Source: Okeania sp. (lineage in GTDB: Bacteria; Cyanobacteriota; Cyanobacteriia; Cyanobacteriales; Microcoleaceae). From it: a stretch of DNA of 32,000 bases. Under the pieces are notes generated by a model, which saw nothing but the letters and a program-made list of their open reading frames with translations, ran no database searches and was not told the origin of the DNA. A program made the position numbers and the translations under genes. Below are positions 1 to 8,325 of the stretch, in pieces (the stretch's first letter is position 1; every line of letters starts with the position of its first letter). The stretch spans positions 1 to 32,000 of the forward strand of contig NZ_JAYKGW010000174.1 in the NCBI RefSeq assembly GCF_035285525.1, given 5' to 3'.

Positions 1-124
1 ACATATTGCACCATTTTCACTGTGTTATTAGAAAACGGGGCGGGTTTATGTAAATCTTAGAGTCAGCATGAAAATTTCTGATCAAACCCGCCCCTACATA
101 TTGCACCATTTTCACTGTGTTATT
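1..124. repeat. 29-bp perfect direct repeats (1-29 and 96-124) flanking a 66-bp palindromic GC-rich hairpin element
   Basis: acatattgcaccattttcactgtgttatt is present twice. Between the copies lie inverted arms ggggcgggttt (37-47) and aaacccgcccc (84-94). The left copy touches the window edge, so the repeat may be longer. Confidence 0.8.
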
Positions 125-198
125 CTACTACAGTTTTCTCTTTTCTGGGATATAGAAACCGGGTTTCTTTCTTACTCCCTACTCCCTACTCCCTCTTC

Positions 199-1248
199 CT
201 ATAATAAATCCTTAAACTTAGGATCATTAGCCAAACTCTTCAACACCTTCTTAATATCCTGCGATCGCTCCTTTTTCACAATTAAAGTAACATTCCCATC
301 TCGAACAACAACCACATCCTCCAAACCAATAGTTACAATTTTATCATCATCACTAGAAGCATAAAAAATCGACCCCTCAGTATCCAACCCCAAATGATCC
401 GCCAACTCCACATTCAAACTATCACCCTTAACCAAACGTTCCAGAGCATTCCAGTCACCCAAATCATCCCAACCAAAAGCCACAGGTAACACAAAAACCT
501 TCTCAGTCTTCTCCATCACCGCATAATCAATACTCTTCTTCTCCAACTGAGAATAACCCTCAGCACCCATCTCTTCCAAAATACTCATCATAGTTGGCGC
601 GTACTTCCGTAACTCGGCCAATATTACCCCGACCCTAAATACAAAAATACCACCATTCCAACTAAAACGCCCTGTTGCCAGAAACTCCTCAGCTTTCTCC
701 CGGTTAGGCTTTTCCGTAAACCGTGCCACTTGATAAGCATCAAATCCACCAAAATTTCCTGCTTTTTCTCCCTGTTCAATGTATCCATAACCAGTAGAAG
801 GAAAGGAGGGCTTGACACCTAGAGTAACAATACCCTCCTGGTTAACAGCCAGTTCGGCAGCCGCCTCCAAAGTATTCCGGAATATTTCTGGCTCACCGAT
901 CCAATGGTCAGCCGGAAAAAACCCAACAACTGCATCTTCCCCATAACGACGTGCCGTTTCGATTGCTGTCCAAGCAACAGCAGGGGCAGTATCCCTACCT
1001 TCTGGTTCTGCCAATATATTTTCTTCTGGCATTTGGGGTAACTGTTGTGCCACACCTGCGGCCAACATTGCAGAAGTTACAACCCATAAACCATCCCAAC
1101 CATTGGATAATGGAATTAGTCTGTCTGCTGTTGCTTGTAACAAACTTTTACCACTACCGTCAAGAGAAAGAAACTGTTTAGGCCGATGTTTACGACTAAG
1201 AGGCCAAAAACGTTCTCCTTTTCCACCAGCAAGAATAACAGGTATCAT
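199..1248 (-). CDS. manC: mannose-1-phosphate guanylyltransferase (short-form GDP-mannose pyrophosphorylase)
   Basis: 349-aa ORF. The N-terminus MIPVILAGGKGERFWPLSRKHRPKQFL is the sugar-phosphate nucleotidylyltransferase signature. Length and layout match ManC-type enzymes that lack the PMI domain. Confidence 0.9.
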   Translation of the reverse strand: MIPVILAGGKGERFWPLSRKHRPKQFLSLDGSGKSLLQATADRLIPLSNGWDGLWVVTSAMLAAGVAQQLPQMPEENILAEPEGRDTAPAVAWTAIETARRYGEDAVVGFFPADHWIGEPEIFRNTLEAAAELAVNQEGIVTLGVKPSFPSTGYGYIEQGEKAGNFGGFDAYQVARFTEKPNREKAEEFLATGRFSWNGGIFVFRVGVILAELRKYAPTMMSILEEMGAEGYSQLEKKSIDYAVMEKTEKVFVLPVAFGWDDLGDWNALERLVKGDSLNVELADHLGLDTEGSIFYASSDDDKIVTIGLEDVVVVRDGNVTLIVKKERSQDIKKVLKSLANDPKFKDLL

Positions 1249-1409
1249 CAGATTTTAGATTACTTAATAGACTTTAGATAGTTCCATCTTAAGTTCTAAT
1301 TAGTAGTTTTTCCAAATTTTTCAACTGTTTAACCAAACATTTATCAAAAATTTGTCTCAGAAGCTACTAGCTGACTGCTTAATTTATCTTTTTATTTTTT
1401 GGATTATTT

Positions 1410-2759
1410 ATGAATAATAGTTCTTCTAAGAAATCTCGACCTATTTGGTTAAAATTGTGGTTCTGGATATTTATATTTCTTTTGAGTGGAACCACGACTA
1501 CTTCTTTTGGAGCAATAGCTGCTTTATTTGCCCCAGTTGAACCAGAATTTGTAACTCAACTACTCCAAGAATTTACCGCAGATATTTTCTGGCGTAGACG
1601 TTTACCTTACCAACTTTCACAACCTATAAATATTTTAGTTATGGGAATCGACGAAGTTTCCGGAGTACCAGAAGATTCTCCGGATATATTTGAGGGTCGT
1701 AGTGATACTTTAATGTTAGTACGAGCTAACCCCAGGAATAAAAAAGTTAGTTTACTTTCTGTGCCACGAGATACTAGAGTCGAAATCCCTGGAGTAGGTG
1801 TTACGAAAATTAATCAAGCTAATGTTTACGGGGGTCAGAAACTGGCAGAAAGTGTTTTAGAAAATACTCTGAATGATATTGAAATTGACCGTTATGTGCG
1901 AGTGAGCAAAGGAGCATTTCGAGAATTAATCGAACAACTAGGTGGGATAGAAGTTTTTGTTCCTGAACCTATGTTTTATGTTGACAATACTCAGCAGTTA
2001 AAAATAGATTTAAAGGTAGGTTGGCAAACTCTCAATGGAGAACAAGCAGAACAATTTATCCGTTTCCGAGAACAAGTTCATGGCGATATTGGTCGTATAC
2101 AACGACAACAGGTTTTGCTGAAGGCGTTGCGAAGTCGGGTGACTAATGTGACAGTTTTGCCTCGGTTGCCAAAAATTGCGCGGGTAATACAAAAATATGT
2201 TGATACTAATTTAACTTTTCAGGAAATATTGGCTTTGGCGAATTTTGGTATTGACTTGGAGAGGGAAGATTTAAAAATGGTGATGTTACCAGGGAGAGCT
2301 AGTTTGAGAAATGAGTATTCCGGTAGTTATTGGGTTATAGATGAGGATGGTCGCGATCGCATTCTGGAACAATATTTTGATGTTAAGTTAAATAAGTTTG
2401 ATAATGACAACATATACAACCCGATGGAAAAGAAGGAAATTTCACCTTTAGAATATAAAATAGCTGTGCAAAATGCTTCTAGTTATCCTAAAGCAGCAAC
2501 AGAGTTGGCTCAGTATTTGTACGACCAAGGGTTTAACAATGTTTATGTGGTTAGTGACTGGTCTGACAAACAACGTTTTACTGAAGTTATTGTTCAAGGA
2601 GGTTATTTAGAGTCAGCAGAAGTTGTCCGAGATACTTTGGGTTTTGGTAATATTGAGCCTACTTCTACAGGTGAAATTGGTTCTGATTTGACTATTAGAT
2701 TAGGGGAAGATTCTCTAGAGAAAATTAATCTTTTACAGGAACAGGAGCAGTCACTTTAG
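1410..2759 (+). CDS. LytR-CpsA-Psr (LCP) family cell-envelope protein
   Basis: 449 aa. An N-terminal TM helix (IWLKLWFWIFIFLLSG) is followed by LCP core motifs NILVMGIDE, RSDTLMLVRANP, VSLLSVPRDT and INQANVYGG, then a C-terminal LytR_C-like tail. Transcribed divergently from manC. Confidence 0.85.
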   Translation: MNNSSSKKSRPIWLKLWFWIFIFLLSGTTTTSFGAIAALFAPVEPEFVTQLLQEFTADIFWRRRLPYQLSQPINILVMGIDEVSGVPEDSPDIFEGRSDTLMLVRANPRNKKVSLLSVPRDTRVEIPGVGVTKINQANVYGGQKLAESVLENTLNDIEIDRYVRVSKGAFRELIEQLGGIEVFVPEPMFYVDNTQQLKIDLKVGWQTLNGEQAEQFIRFREQVHGDIGRIQRQQVLLKALRSRVTNVTVLPRLPKIARVIQKYVDTNLTFQEILALANFGIDLEREDLKMVMLPGRASLRNEYSGSYWVIDEDGRDRILEQYFDVKLNKFDNDNIYNPMEKKEISPLEYKIAVQNASSYPKAATELAQYLYDQGFNNVYVVSDWSDKQRFTEVIVQGGYLESAEVVRDTLGFGNIEPTSTGEIGSDLTIRLGEDSLEKINLLQEQEQSL

Positions 2760-2783
2760 AAGGATGGGGTGATGGGGTGATGT

Positions 2784-2934
2784 GAAATTCTGACGCAGGT
2801 GAACCCAGAAACTTGGAAAATAATTTGAGAGAATGAAATTCTCCCATTAGAAAAGAGGGAAAATTTTAGTTGGTATAGGGTTTGGAGACCAAACCCCTAC
2901 CATTAGAAATTCTGACGCAGGTGAACCCAGAAAC
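2784..2934. repeat. two same-orientation 29-bp copies of a T-family MITE end enclosing a small hairpin repeat
   Basis: gaaattctgacgcaggtgaacccagaaac occurs at 2784-2812 and 2906-2934. It resembles the end of the element at 27404-27506 (caggacttacgcagacgaacccagaaa on the reverse complement). The interior carries the ggtttggagaccaaaccc palindrome, also seen at 11573 and 26196. The STRR tract ggatggggtgatggggtgatg lies at 2762-2783. Confidence 0.7.
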
Positions 2935-3066
2935 AAAGCTTAAAAATTAGGTGGTGGTGCATAGTAATGGTAGAGAGAATGTTGGAGGTGTGGGAGGTGT
3001 GAGGGATGTGGTCATTTATGACCAAACATATATATCTTTACCATTACTATGCAGGACTACCACAAA

Positions 3067-4269
3067 TTAATCTTTCAATTCTTCTATGGCAGTTTTCACC
3101 TTTTCCTCACCCTCATAATCATCCTGTTCCTCAAACAATTTTAACGCTGTTTCCAAATGATCTAATGCTTCTCTTTTACGTTCTCTAGCTTGAAGAGCTA
3201 ACGCCATTTTATAATGAGCATCTGCATTATCAGGATTTCTTCTAATAATTTCCCGATATCTAATTATTGCTTGTAAATAATCCTCCCCTTCAAAAAGAAT
3301 CTCAGCAACAGCAAGTCTAGCTTCCAGCAAATCAGGATTAATATTAACAGCTATTTGATAAGCTTTCAAAGCAGCTTGACTATTATCCTGCTGTTTATAG
3401 ATTTCCGCAATTTGAAGTTGCAGATCTGCATTGCGAGGTTCTAGACGAGAAGCCATTTTCAGAGCATTTAAACCGCCATCAATATCTCCAGTGGCTAATA
3501 AAGCAGTTCCCAAATTAATTTGGATACCTGCATCTCTCGGTGATAATTGAACAGCTTGTTGAATTGCTGCCAATGCTTCAGGAAAGCGCCTCTGTTTCAG
3601 TAATACTAAACCAATTGCAGCATGAGCTTCAGCATTCTTAGGATTAGACTGAATAGCTCCTTGATATGCAGTGATCGCCTCATTATATTTCTCTTGGCGA
3701 AAGAATACTACACCTAACCCTAAATGAGCATTAACATTATTCTTGTCTAACACAGAAGCACGACGATAGGCTGCAACTGCCGCCTCATAATTTTCTAATT
3801 TAGCCATACTATATCCTAAACCATATTGAAAATTTGCATTGTTAGGATCTATGGCGATCGCTCGTTGATAAAACTGAGCTGCTACAGGAAAATTTTCTTG
3901 ACGTGCTTCTAGGTAAGCAATACCAGAATATATTTGTGCATTTTTGGGATCTAAATTTATTGCCCGTTGATATACTGCTATGGCAAGTTGATAATTTCCA
4001 GCCTCAACTAATTCTCGTCCCTGTTTTAGTAGTTCGTTTAACTTTTTACTTGCAGGTTGATTTGTTTGGGCCAATAATTTTACTCCACAGCTTGGAAAAA
4101 TGTGGTAGATATCATTTGCCTTTCTATTTATGAGTTGACAAGGAACTCCATGAGCAATAGAAGGGAAAATGAGCGTTATTGTGGCCATCATTAGACCACT
4201 AAGTATTGATTGTTTGTACACGGCCAGTCTACAAATAATAGTGTGAATAGAGACGACTAATAATAACAT
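3067..4269 (-). CDS. TPR-repeat protein with N-terminal hydrophobic signal/anchor
   Basis: 400 aa. About nine tandem 34-aa TPR units are visible, for example AIAVYQRAINLDPKNAQ, AAQFYQRAIAIDPNNAN, AVAAYRRASVLDKNNVN and AITAYQGAIQSNPKNAE. The true start may be an internal Met (MMATITLIF...). Confidence 0.8.
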   Translation of the reverse strand: MLLLVVSIHTIICRLAVYKQSILSGLMMATITLIFPSIAHGVPCQLINRKANDIYHIFPSCGVKLLAQTNQPASKKLNELLKQGRELVEAGNYQLAIAVYQRAINLDPKNAQIYSGIAYLEARQENFPVAAQFYQRAIAIDPNNANFQYGLGYSMAKLENYEAAVAAYRRASVLDKNNVNAHLGLGVVFFRQEKYNEAITAYQGAIQSNPKNAEAHAAIGLVLLKQRRFPEALAAIQQAVQLSPRDAGIQINLGTALLATGDIDGGLNALKMASRLEPRNADLQLQIAEIYKQQDNSQAALKAYQIAVNINPDLLEARLAVAEILFEGEDYLQAIIRYREIIRRNPDNADAHYKMALALQARERKREALDHLETALKLFEEQDDYEGEEKVKTAIEELKD

Positions 4270-4317
4270 TCTATTCAGGAATAGTTGAGCAAACCTCTGT
4301 AGTATTTTTATAGAAAC

Positions 4318-4414
4318 AGGACTGACACGGGAGGTACTATTTATGGTGTCAAAAAAACTATAGCGCTATAGTTTTGAACCCTATATATACGGTCTCTCTC
4401 TGCGTAACCCCTGA
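4318..4414. mobile_element. MITE-like element, T family (degenerate copy)
   Basis: The ends caggactgacacg ... ctgcgtaacccctg and the interior (ctatagcgctatagttttgaaccctatatata) parallel the copies at 12979, 19603 and 31353. Confidence 0.55.
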
Positions 4415-4462
4415 GAAAGCAATAAAGCTTGATTTGGTAAAAATTTGGAGATAATAACAAAA

Positions 4463-4789
4463 ATGATTGTAAGTACAACTGATGTTATTCAAGGCACTGA
4501 AGTTGAAGAATATTTAGGGATTGTTACTGCTGAAGTAGTTTATGGTAGTAATGCTCTCAGAGATTTCTTTGCTGGAATTAGAGATATTATTGGAGGCCGT
4601 ACTGGTAGTTATGAGGAAGTCTTTAAAAAGGGTCAGGAAGATGCGATCGCTGAACTAGAAAAGCGTGCCAGACGTATGGGTGCTAATGCAGTTGTGGGGA
4701 TAGAAATAGATACAGGTACTATTAATGTGGACGAAAAAGGGGCTTTGTTATTAATTACTGCCACTGGTACAGCGGTAAAATTGGCATAA
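4463..4789 (+). CDS. YbjQ/UPF0145 family protein (putative heavy-metal-binding fold)
   Basis: MIVSTTDVIQGTEVEEYLGIVTAEVVYGSNALRDFFAGIRDIIGGRTGSYE...ANAVVGIEIDT matches the YbjQ family pattern. I prefer the ATG at 4463 (108 aa) over the TTG at 4445 used by the ORF track. Confidence 0.85.
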   Translation: MIVSTTDVIQGTEVEEYLGIVTAEVVYGSNALRDFFAGIRDIIGGRTGSYEEVFKKGQEDAIAELEKRARRMGANAVVGIEIDTGTINVDEKGALLLITATGTAVKLA

Positions 4790-5104
4790 TTTTTATCAGC
4801 ATTTCCTAATCTTGGTGCGACTTCTCTGGCGACTTTTGCCGTGGTGGGGTCGCACCACTTGTGTTTTAAGCCAAGGTAGGGTTTAACTGCTAGCGTTTGT
4901 CACCTATGCAGGGTCGCACCGTTTTTGCATTCTGCTTTTCTGAGAGCAATTTTAATTTCGGTAGATACTGTAGGGACGTTTTATGGAATGTCACTATAAC
5001 TTTTGTGGTGTTTTGATTACAGGGTATTCCACGTTGGTGAGGTACACCCCGCGAGCAGGATGCACGGTTCCGGAAAAATCGCACTGGATAGATTTAACTA
5101 TTAA

Positions 5105-5789
5105 TATTGGTGGGAAACAACTCCTGTTGAGAAGTTTTTGGAAGATATAGAATATCTGTTAAGAAATTCAGCTACTTTAGAAATTATTGGTTTGCTTGCT
5201 AATATTGCTCTTATTGTTAGTTTAGGAACCTGATTAACGGGGTTAAAAGAACAAAGAGAAAATCAACTTTTTGCTACCTGGACTATTATTAATGATGGTA
5301 AAGGTGATAAGTCTGGAGTTGTGAAAACAGCAGTAGAACGATTATATTAAAAATGGATTTTCTTTATCTGCTCTACAGCTTAATGAAACTAACCTAAGTT
5401 GGAGTACCCTCAATAGAGCTAATCTCATTAGAGCTAACCTTAGTGAAGCTAACCTTGTTGGGTCTAATCTCAGTAGAGCTGAATTCTTTAGTGCTAACCT
5501 CAGTGAAACTAACCTTAGTGGAGCTAACCTTGCTAAAGTTGACCTCAGTGAAGCTAACCTTAATGGAGTTTACCTTTTTAATGAAGAAAACCTCAATAAT
5601 GCACAAATAAAATCAGCTTGTAATTGGAAAGAAGCAATCTATGTAAAAGGTAAAAAAGAAAAAGATAAAAAAGTTGAAGATATGTGGGTTCCTATAGATA
5701 AACAAGCTAACCAAGGAAGAATAAACGAAATTGAACAAGATAAAAATTCCGATCCTAAAAATTCTCCTGATTGTTCTAGATGGAAATAG
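5105..5789 (+). pseudogene. pentapeptide-repeat protein, decayed (5-prime truncation, in-frame TGA, frameshift)
   Basis: Reading + strand frames gives WWETTPVEKFLEDIEYLLRNSATLEIIGLLANIALIVSLGT, then TGA (5231-5233). It continues LTGLKEQRENQLFATWTIINDGKGDKSGVVKTAVERLY, then TAA and a 1-nt shift. It then reads KNGFSLSALQLNETNLSWSTLNRANLIRANLSEANLVGSNLSRAEFFSANLSETNLSGANLAKVDLSEANLNG..., with a stop at 5787-5789. There is no start codon. G-family repeat debris (5036-5085) lies directly upstream. Confidence 0.75.
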
Positions 5790-5827
5790 AATAAAGACTA
5801 ATAAAACTTTATTAAAAACTAAAAATC

Positions 5828-6748
5828 ATGCACATATCTAAATATCTAATTTTCCTCTTAATATCTTTATTTTCAGCCTGCACTTTTGCCACATCAAAAA
5901 CTACAGCAGAAATAGAAACTTCCAACAAAAATTCTCCACCTACAGTTACTTCAAATAATAATTCCCAATTATTACAAAATATAGTACAAAATTACCTCCA
6001 AAAAACTCCAATCAAAACAACAGAAACTCTAACTTTAACCCAAGCACAAGAAGTTCAAAATTTGTTTGTATTAGAAATTAGTAAAAGTCTCGGTTCAGTA
6101 GTTGGTTATAAAGCGGGATTAACCAATCCTAAAGCTCAAAAAATTTTTAATGTTTCTCAACCTTTACGGGGTACTTTACTAGAAAAAATGTTGTTAGAAA
6201 ATGGTAGTGTTATTTCTGGTAAATTTGCTAGTCGTCCTGTAGCAGAAGGCGATTTAATTCTGAGGGTAGGAAGTGCAGAAATTAATAATGCTAAAACTCC
6301 TAGAGAAACTTTGAAATATTTAGATGCAGTTATCCCATTTCTGGAATTACCAGACTTCCTTTATAGTGAAAATATAAAGTTAGATGCGTCTGCTCTTATA
6401 GCAACTAATGTTGGAGCTAGAGCCGGAATTTTAGGAGAGCCTATTCCTCTTGCTGATACTGATGAATGGGAAAATCGTTTACAGAATTTACAGGTGGAAA
6501 TATTAGATGAAAATGGTAAGGTATTAGCATCAGGAAAAGGTAGTAATTTATTAGGAAATCCTTTAAATGTTGTCTTGTGGATTAAAGATTCTTTGCAAGC
6601 CGAAGGAAAAGAATTGAAGAAAGGAGATTTACTTTCTTTAGGGAGTATAAGTCGCTTTGTTCCTGTAAAATCAAATTCTACTATTCGTGCTAGATATTTA
6701 GATTTAGAACCTAATAAAACTGTGGAAATATTTGTCAAATTTGAATGA
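5828..6748 (+). CDS. 2-keto-4-pentenoate hydratase (MhpD/hydratase-decarboxylase) family protein with lipoprotein-type signal peptide
   Basis: 306 aa. The N-terminus MHISKYLIFLLISLFSAC is lipobox-like (LFSAC) and is followed by an S/T/N-rich linker. The core aligns from memory to E. coli MhpD: GYKAGLTNPKAQKIFNVSQPLRGTLL against [26 protein letters not shown], and GSNLLGNPLNVVLWIKDSL...KKGDLLSLGS against GSECLGHPLNAAVWLARKM...RTGDIILTGA. Confidence 0.75.
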   Translation: MHISKYLIFLLISLFSACTFATSKTTAEIETSNKNSPPTVTSNNNSQLLQNIVQNYLQKTPIKTTETLTLTQAQEVQNLFVLEISKSLGSVVGYKAGLTNPKAQKIFNVSQPLRGTLLEKMLLENGSVISGKFASRPVAEGDLILRVGSAEINNAKTPRETLKYLDAVIPFLELPDFLYSENIKLDASALIATNVGARAGILGEPIPLADTDEWENRLQNLQVEILDENGKVLASGKGSNLLGNPLNVVLWIKDSLQAEGKELKKGDLLSLGSISRFVPVKSNSTIRARYLDLEPNKTVEIFVKFE

Positions 6749-6891
6749 TATCACAGGGATTAGCTCACGGATCCGCTCACCCGGATTATGCCACGGATAT
6801 ACGAATTAAAAAGTATAAAATAGCTGATTTACCGTAAAAATAACTCAACAATGATAATGGTTTGTTGGGTTATTTTTTGTTTTGCTGAACT

Positions 6892-6926
6892 TAAATTATA
6901 TGATATGATTTCTAGAATAATTTTAG
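6892..6926. repeat. 35-bp direct repeat, copy 1 (left flank of MITE)
   Basis: taaattatatgatatgatttctagaataattttag matches 7129-7163 at 34 of 35 positions. Confidence 0.85.
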
Positions 6927-7128
6927 TATAGTAGGTTGGGTTGAGGAACGAAACCCAACTTATTTACCGCAAGAATAACTCAACGAGGAAGGAAACCCAA
7001 CTTATTAGGTATCTCTAGAAAAGAAGAAGCAGGGCACAACGAAACATAATTGATTATTTATGTTAATTTTATTATTGGAGATGTCTATCTTTGTTGGGTT
7101 TCACTTCGCTCTACCCAACCTACATTAC
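6927..7128. mobile_element. MITE-like element with about 30-bp terminal inverted repeats (gtaggttgggttgaggaacgaaacccaac)
   Basis: The left arm is gtaggttgggttgaggaacgaaacccaac (6931-6959). The right arm is gttgggtttcacttcgctctacccaacctac (7093-7123), its imperfect reverse complement. The element is about 200 bp with no ORF. Confidence 0.75.
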
Positions 7129-7163
7129 TAAATTATGTGATATGATTTCTAGAATAATTTTAG
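7129..7163. repeat. 35-bp direct repeat, copy 2, immediately upstream of the ATPase start codon
   Basis: taaattatgtgatatgatttctagaataattttag. It contains a -10-like TAGAAT (7150-7155) about 20 nt before the ATG at 7175. Confidence 0.85.
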
Positions 7164-7174
7164 ATAGATGAAAA

Positions 7175-8314
7175 ATGAAAATCCAAAAATTAGAATTTGG
7201 CGATCGCGCCAAATATTGGTATCTCAAATCTCTTGAATTTTCCCCTAATATTAACTTGTTGGTTGGTATTTCTGGTGCGGGAAAGACGAAAATTATTAGC
7301 TCAATTTTGGCTCTCAAAAAAATTGTTAGTGGTGACTCTTTCAATGGAGTATATTGGGATATAACTTTTCTAACTAAGGATAATGTATCATATCGTTGGC
7401 AAGGAGAATTTGCAACTGTGGAAGAATCGAAAATAAAAGTCAATGATTCTGAGGAAGAAGATAAGTTTAAAATTATCTCTGAATATCTTTCTAAAGATGA
7501 GCAAGTTATTATTGAAAGAGATTCAGAAAAAATTATATTTAAAGGCGAAAAAGTTCCCAAATTATCACCTTTTGAAAGTATTGTAGAATTACTTAATCAA
7601 GAAAAGGATATTAGTCCTGTAAAAGAAGAGTTTAATAAAATTATACTGTCAAATCTAGACACAAATTTTGCAGGAATTTGGATGATTCCTATTTCTCAGT
7701 TAACTTCTATATTAGCAAAATATAAAGATAGCTCTTTAAGTCAAATTCAAGAAAGCAGCCTTTCTAGTATTATCAAGTTATTTCTGGTTTATCAGTATTT
7801 ACCAGAAACTTTTAACACAATAAAAGAGAAATTTATCGAAATATTTGATACAGTAGAAGATCTGAAAATACAATCCCTATTTGTTGAAAAGTTTCCTGAA
7901 TCATTGACAGATTTTAAAGAAGCTAAAGCATTATTATTCAAAGAAAAAGGAGTTTCTAATTGGATTGTACCACCAAATATTTCTTCAGGTATTCTGAAAA
8001 CATTTATGTACATTAGCGAATTATATTTATCTCCAGAAGGGAGCGTAATATTAATTGATGAATTTGAAAATAGTTTAGGGGTAAATTGCATTAATAGTGT
8101 CACAGATTTAATATTAGAAAATCTTAGACTACAATTTATTGTTACCAGTCACCATCCATACATCATCCATAATATCGGAAATAAATATTGGAAAATTATT
8201 ACTCGTCAAGGCAATACAGTAAGAGTTAAAGAACCTCAAGAATTAGGGATTTCCCAATCTAGACATCAAGGTTTTATCGACTTAATTAATGTACTTGAAG
8301 AATTGTCTGAATAG
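7175..8314 (+). CDS. ABC/SMC-type AAA ATPase (AAA_15/AAA_21-like), first gene of a two-gene module
   Basis: 379 aa. Walker A is LLVGISGAGKTKI near the N-terminus, Walker B is SVILIDEFENSLG, and the H-loop is FIVTSHHPYIIHN. This N-terminal P-loop with a distal Walker B is typical of OLD/AbiL/AriA-class ATPases. Confidence 0.85.
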   Translation: MKIQKLEFGDRAKYWYLKSLEFSPNINLLVGISGAGKTKIISSILALKKIVSGDSFNGVYWDITFLTKDNVSYRWQGEFATVEESKIKVNDSEEEDKFKIISEYLSKDEQVIIERDSEKIIFKGEKVPKLSPFESIVELLNQEKDISPVKEEFNKIILSNLDTNFAGIWMIPISQLTSILAKYKDSSLSQIQESSLSSIIKLFLVYQYLPETFNTIKEKFIEIFDTVEDLKIQSLFVEKFPESLTDFKEAKALLFKEKGVSNWIVPPNISSGILKTFMYISELYLSPEGSVILIDEFENSLGVNCINSVTDLILENLRLQFIVTSHHPYIIHNIGNKYWKIITRQGNTVRVKEPQELGISQSRHQGFIDLINVLEELSE

Positions 8315-8325
8315 CCAAAAGCAAA

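Noticed and set aside
68-1181. Four small ORFs (68-364 +, 624-818 -, 819-1055 -, 951-1181 +) within or overlapping manC
   Set aside because: All overlap the strongly supported manC reading frame in other frames or on the other strand, and have low-complexity or hydrophobic composition.
3006-4133. Plus-strand ORFs 3006-3188 and 3903-4133 overlapping the TPR gene
   Set aside because: They are antisense shadows of a CDS with obvious 34-aa TPR periodicity.
4445-4462. TTG start extending the YbjQ-family ORF by six codons
   Set aside because: Family members start at the MIV(S/T)TT motif, and the ATG at 4463 gives the canonical length.
5036-5085. Conserved string gaggtacac...gcacggttccggaaaaatcgcactg (also at 11508-11560 and 17372-17395) considered as a group II intron domain or riboswitch fragment
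   Set aside because: It recurs as a truncated piece next to other MITE debris. It has no flanking intron domains or RT ORF and matches no riboswitch consensus that I know. Treated as repeat fragments.
5394-5606. 70-aa minus-strand ORF (MCIIEVFFIKKVNSIKVSFTEVNF...)
   Set aside because: It is the antisense reading of the pentapeptide-repeat pseudogene. Its own periodic VSFTEV pattern is simply the complement of the A(N/D)LxX repeats on the plus strand.
6361-6738. 125-aa minus-strand ORF inside the hydratase gene
   Set aside because: It is antisense to a CDS with clear family motifs and has no recognisable motif of its own.
7120-7560. 146-aa minus-strand ORF overlapping the ATPase start
   Set aside because: It is Ser/Ile/Leu-rich and low-complexity, and fully antisense to a well-supported ATPase N-terminus (Walker A). 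It starts inside the 35-bp repeat and MITE end. This is typical of a shadow ORF in AT-rich DNA.
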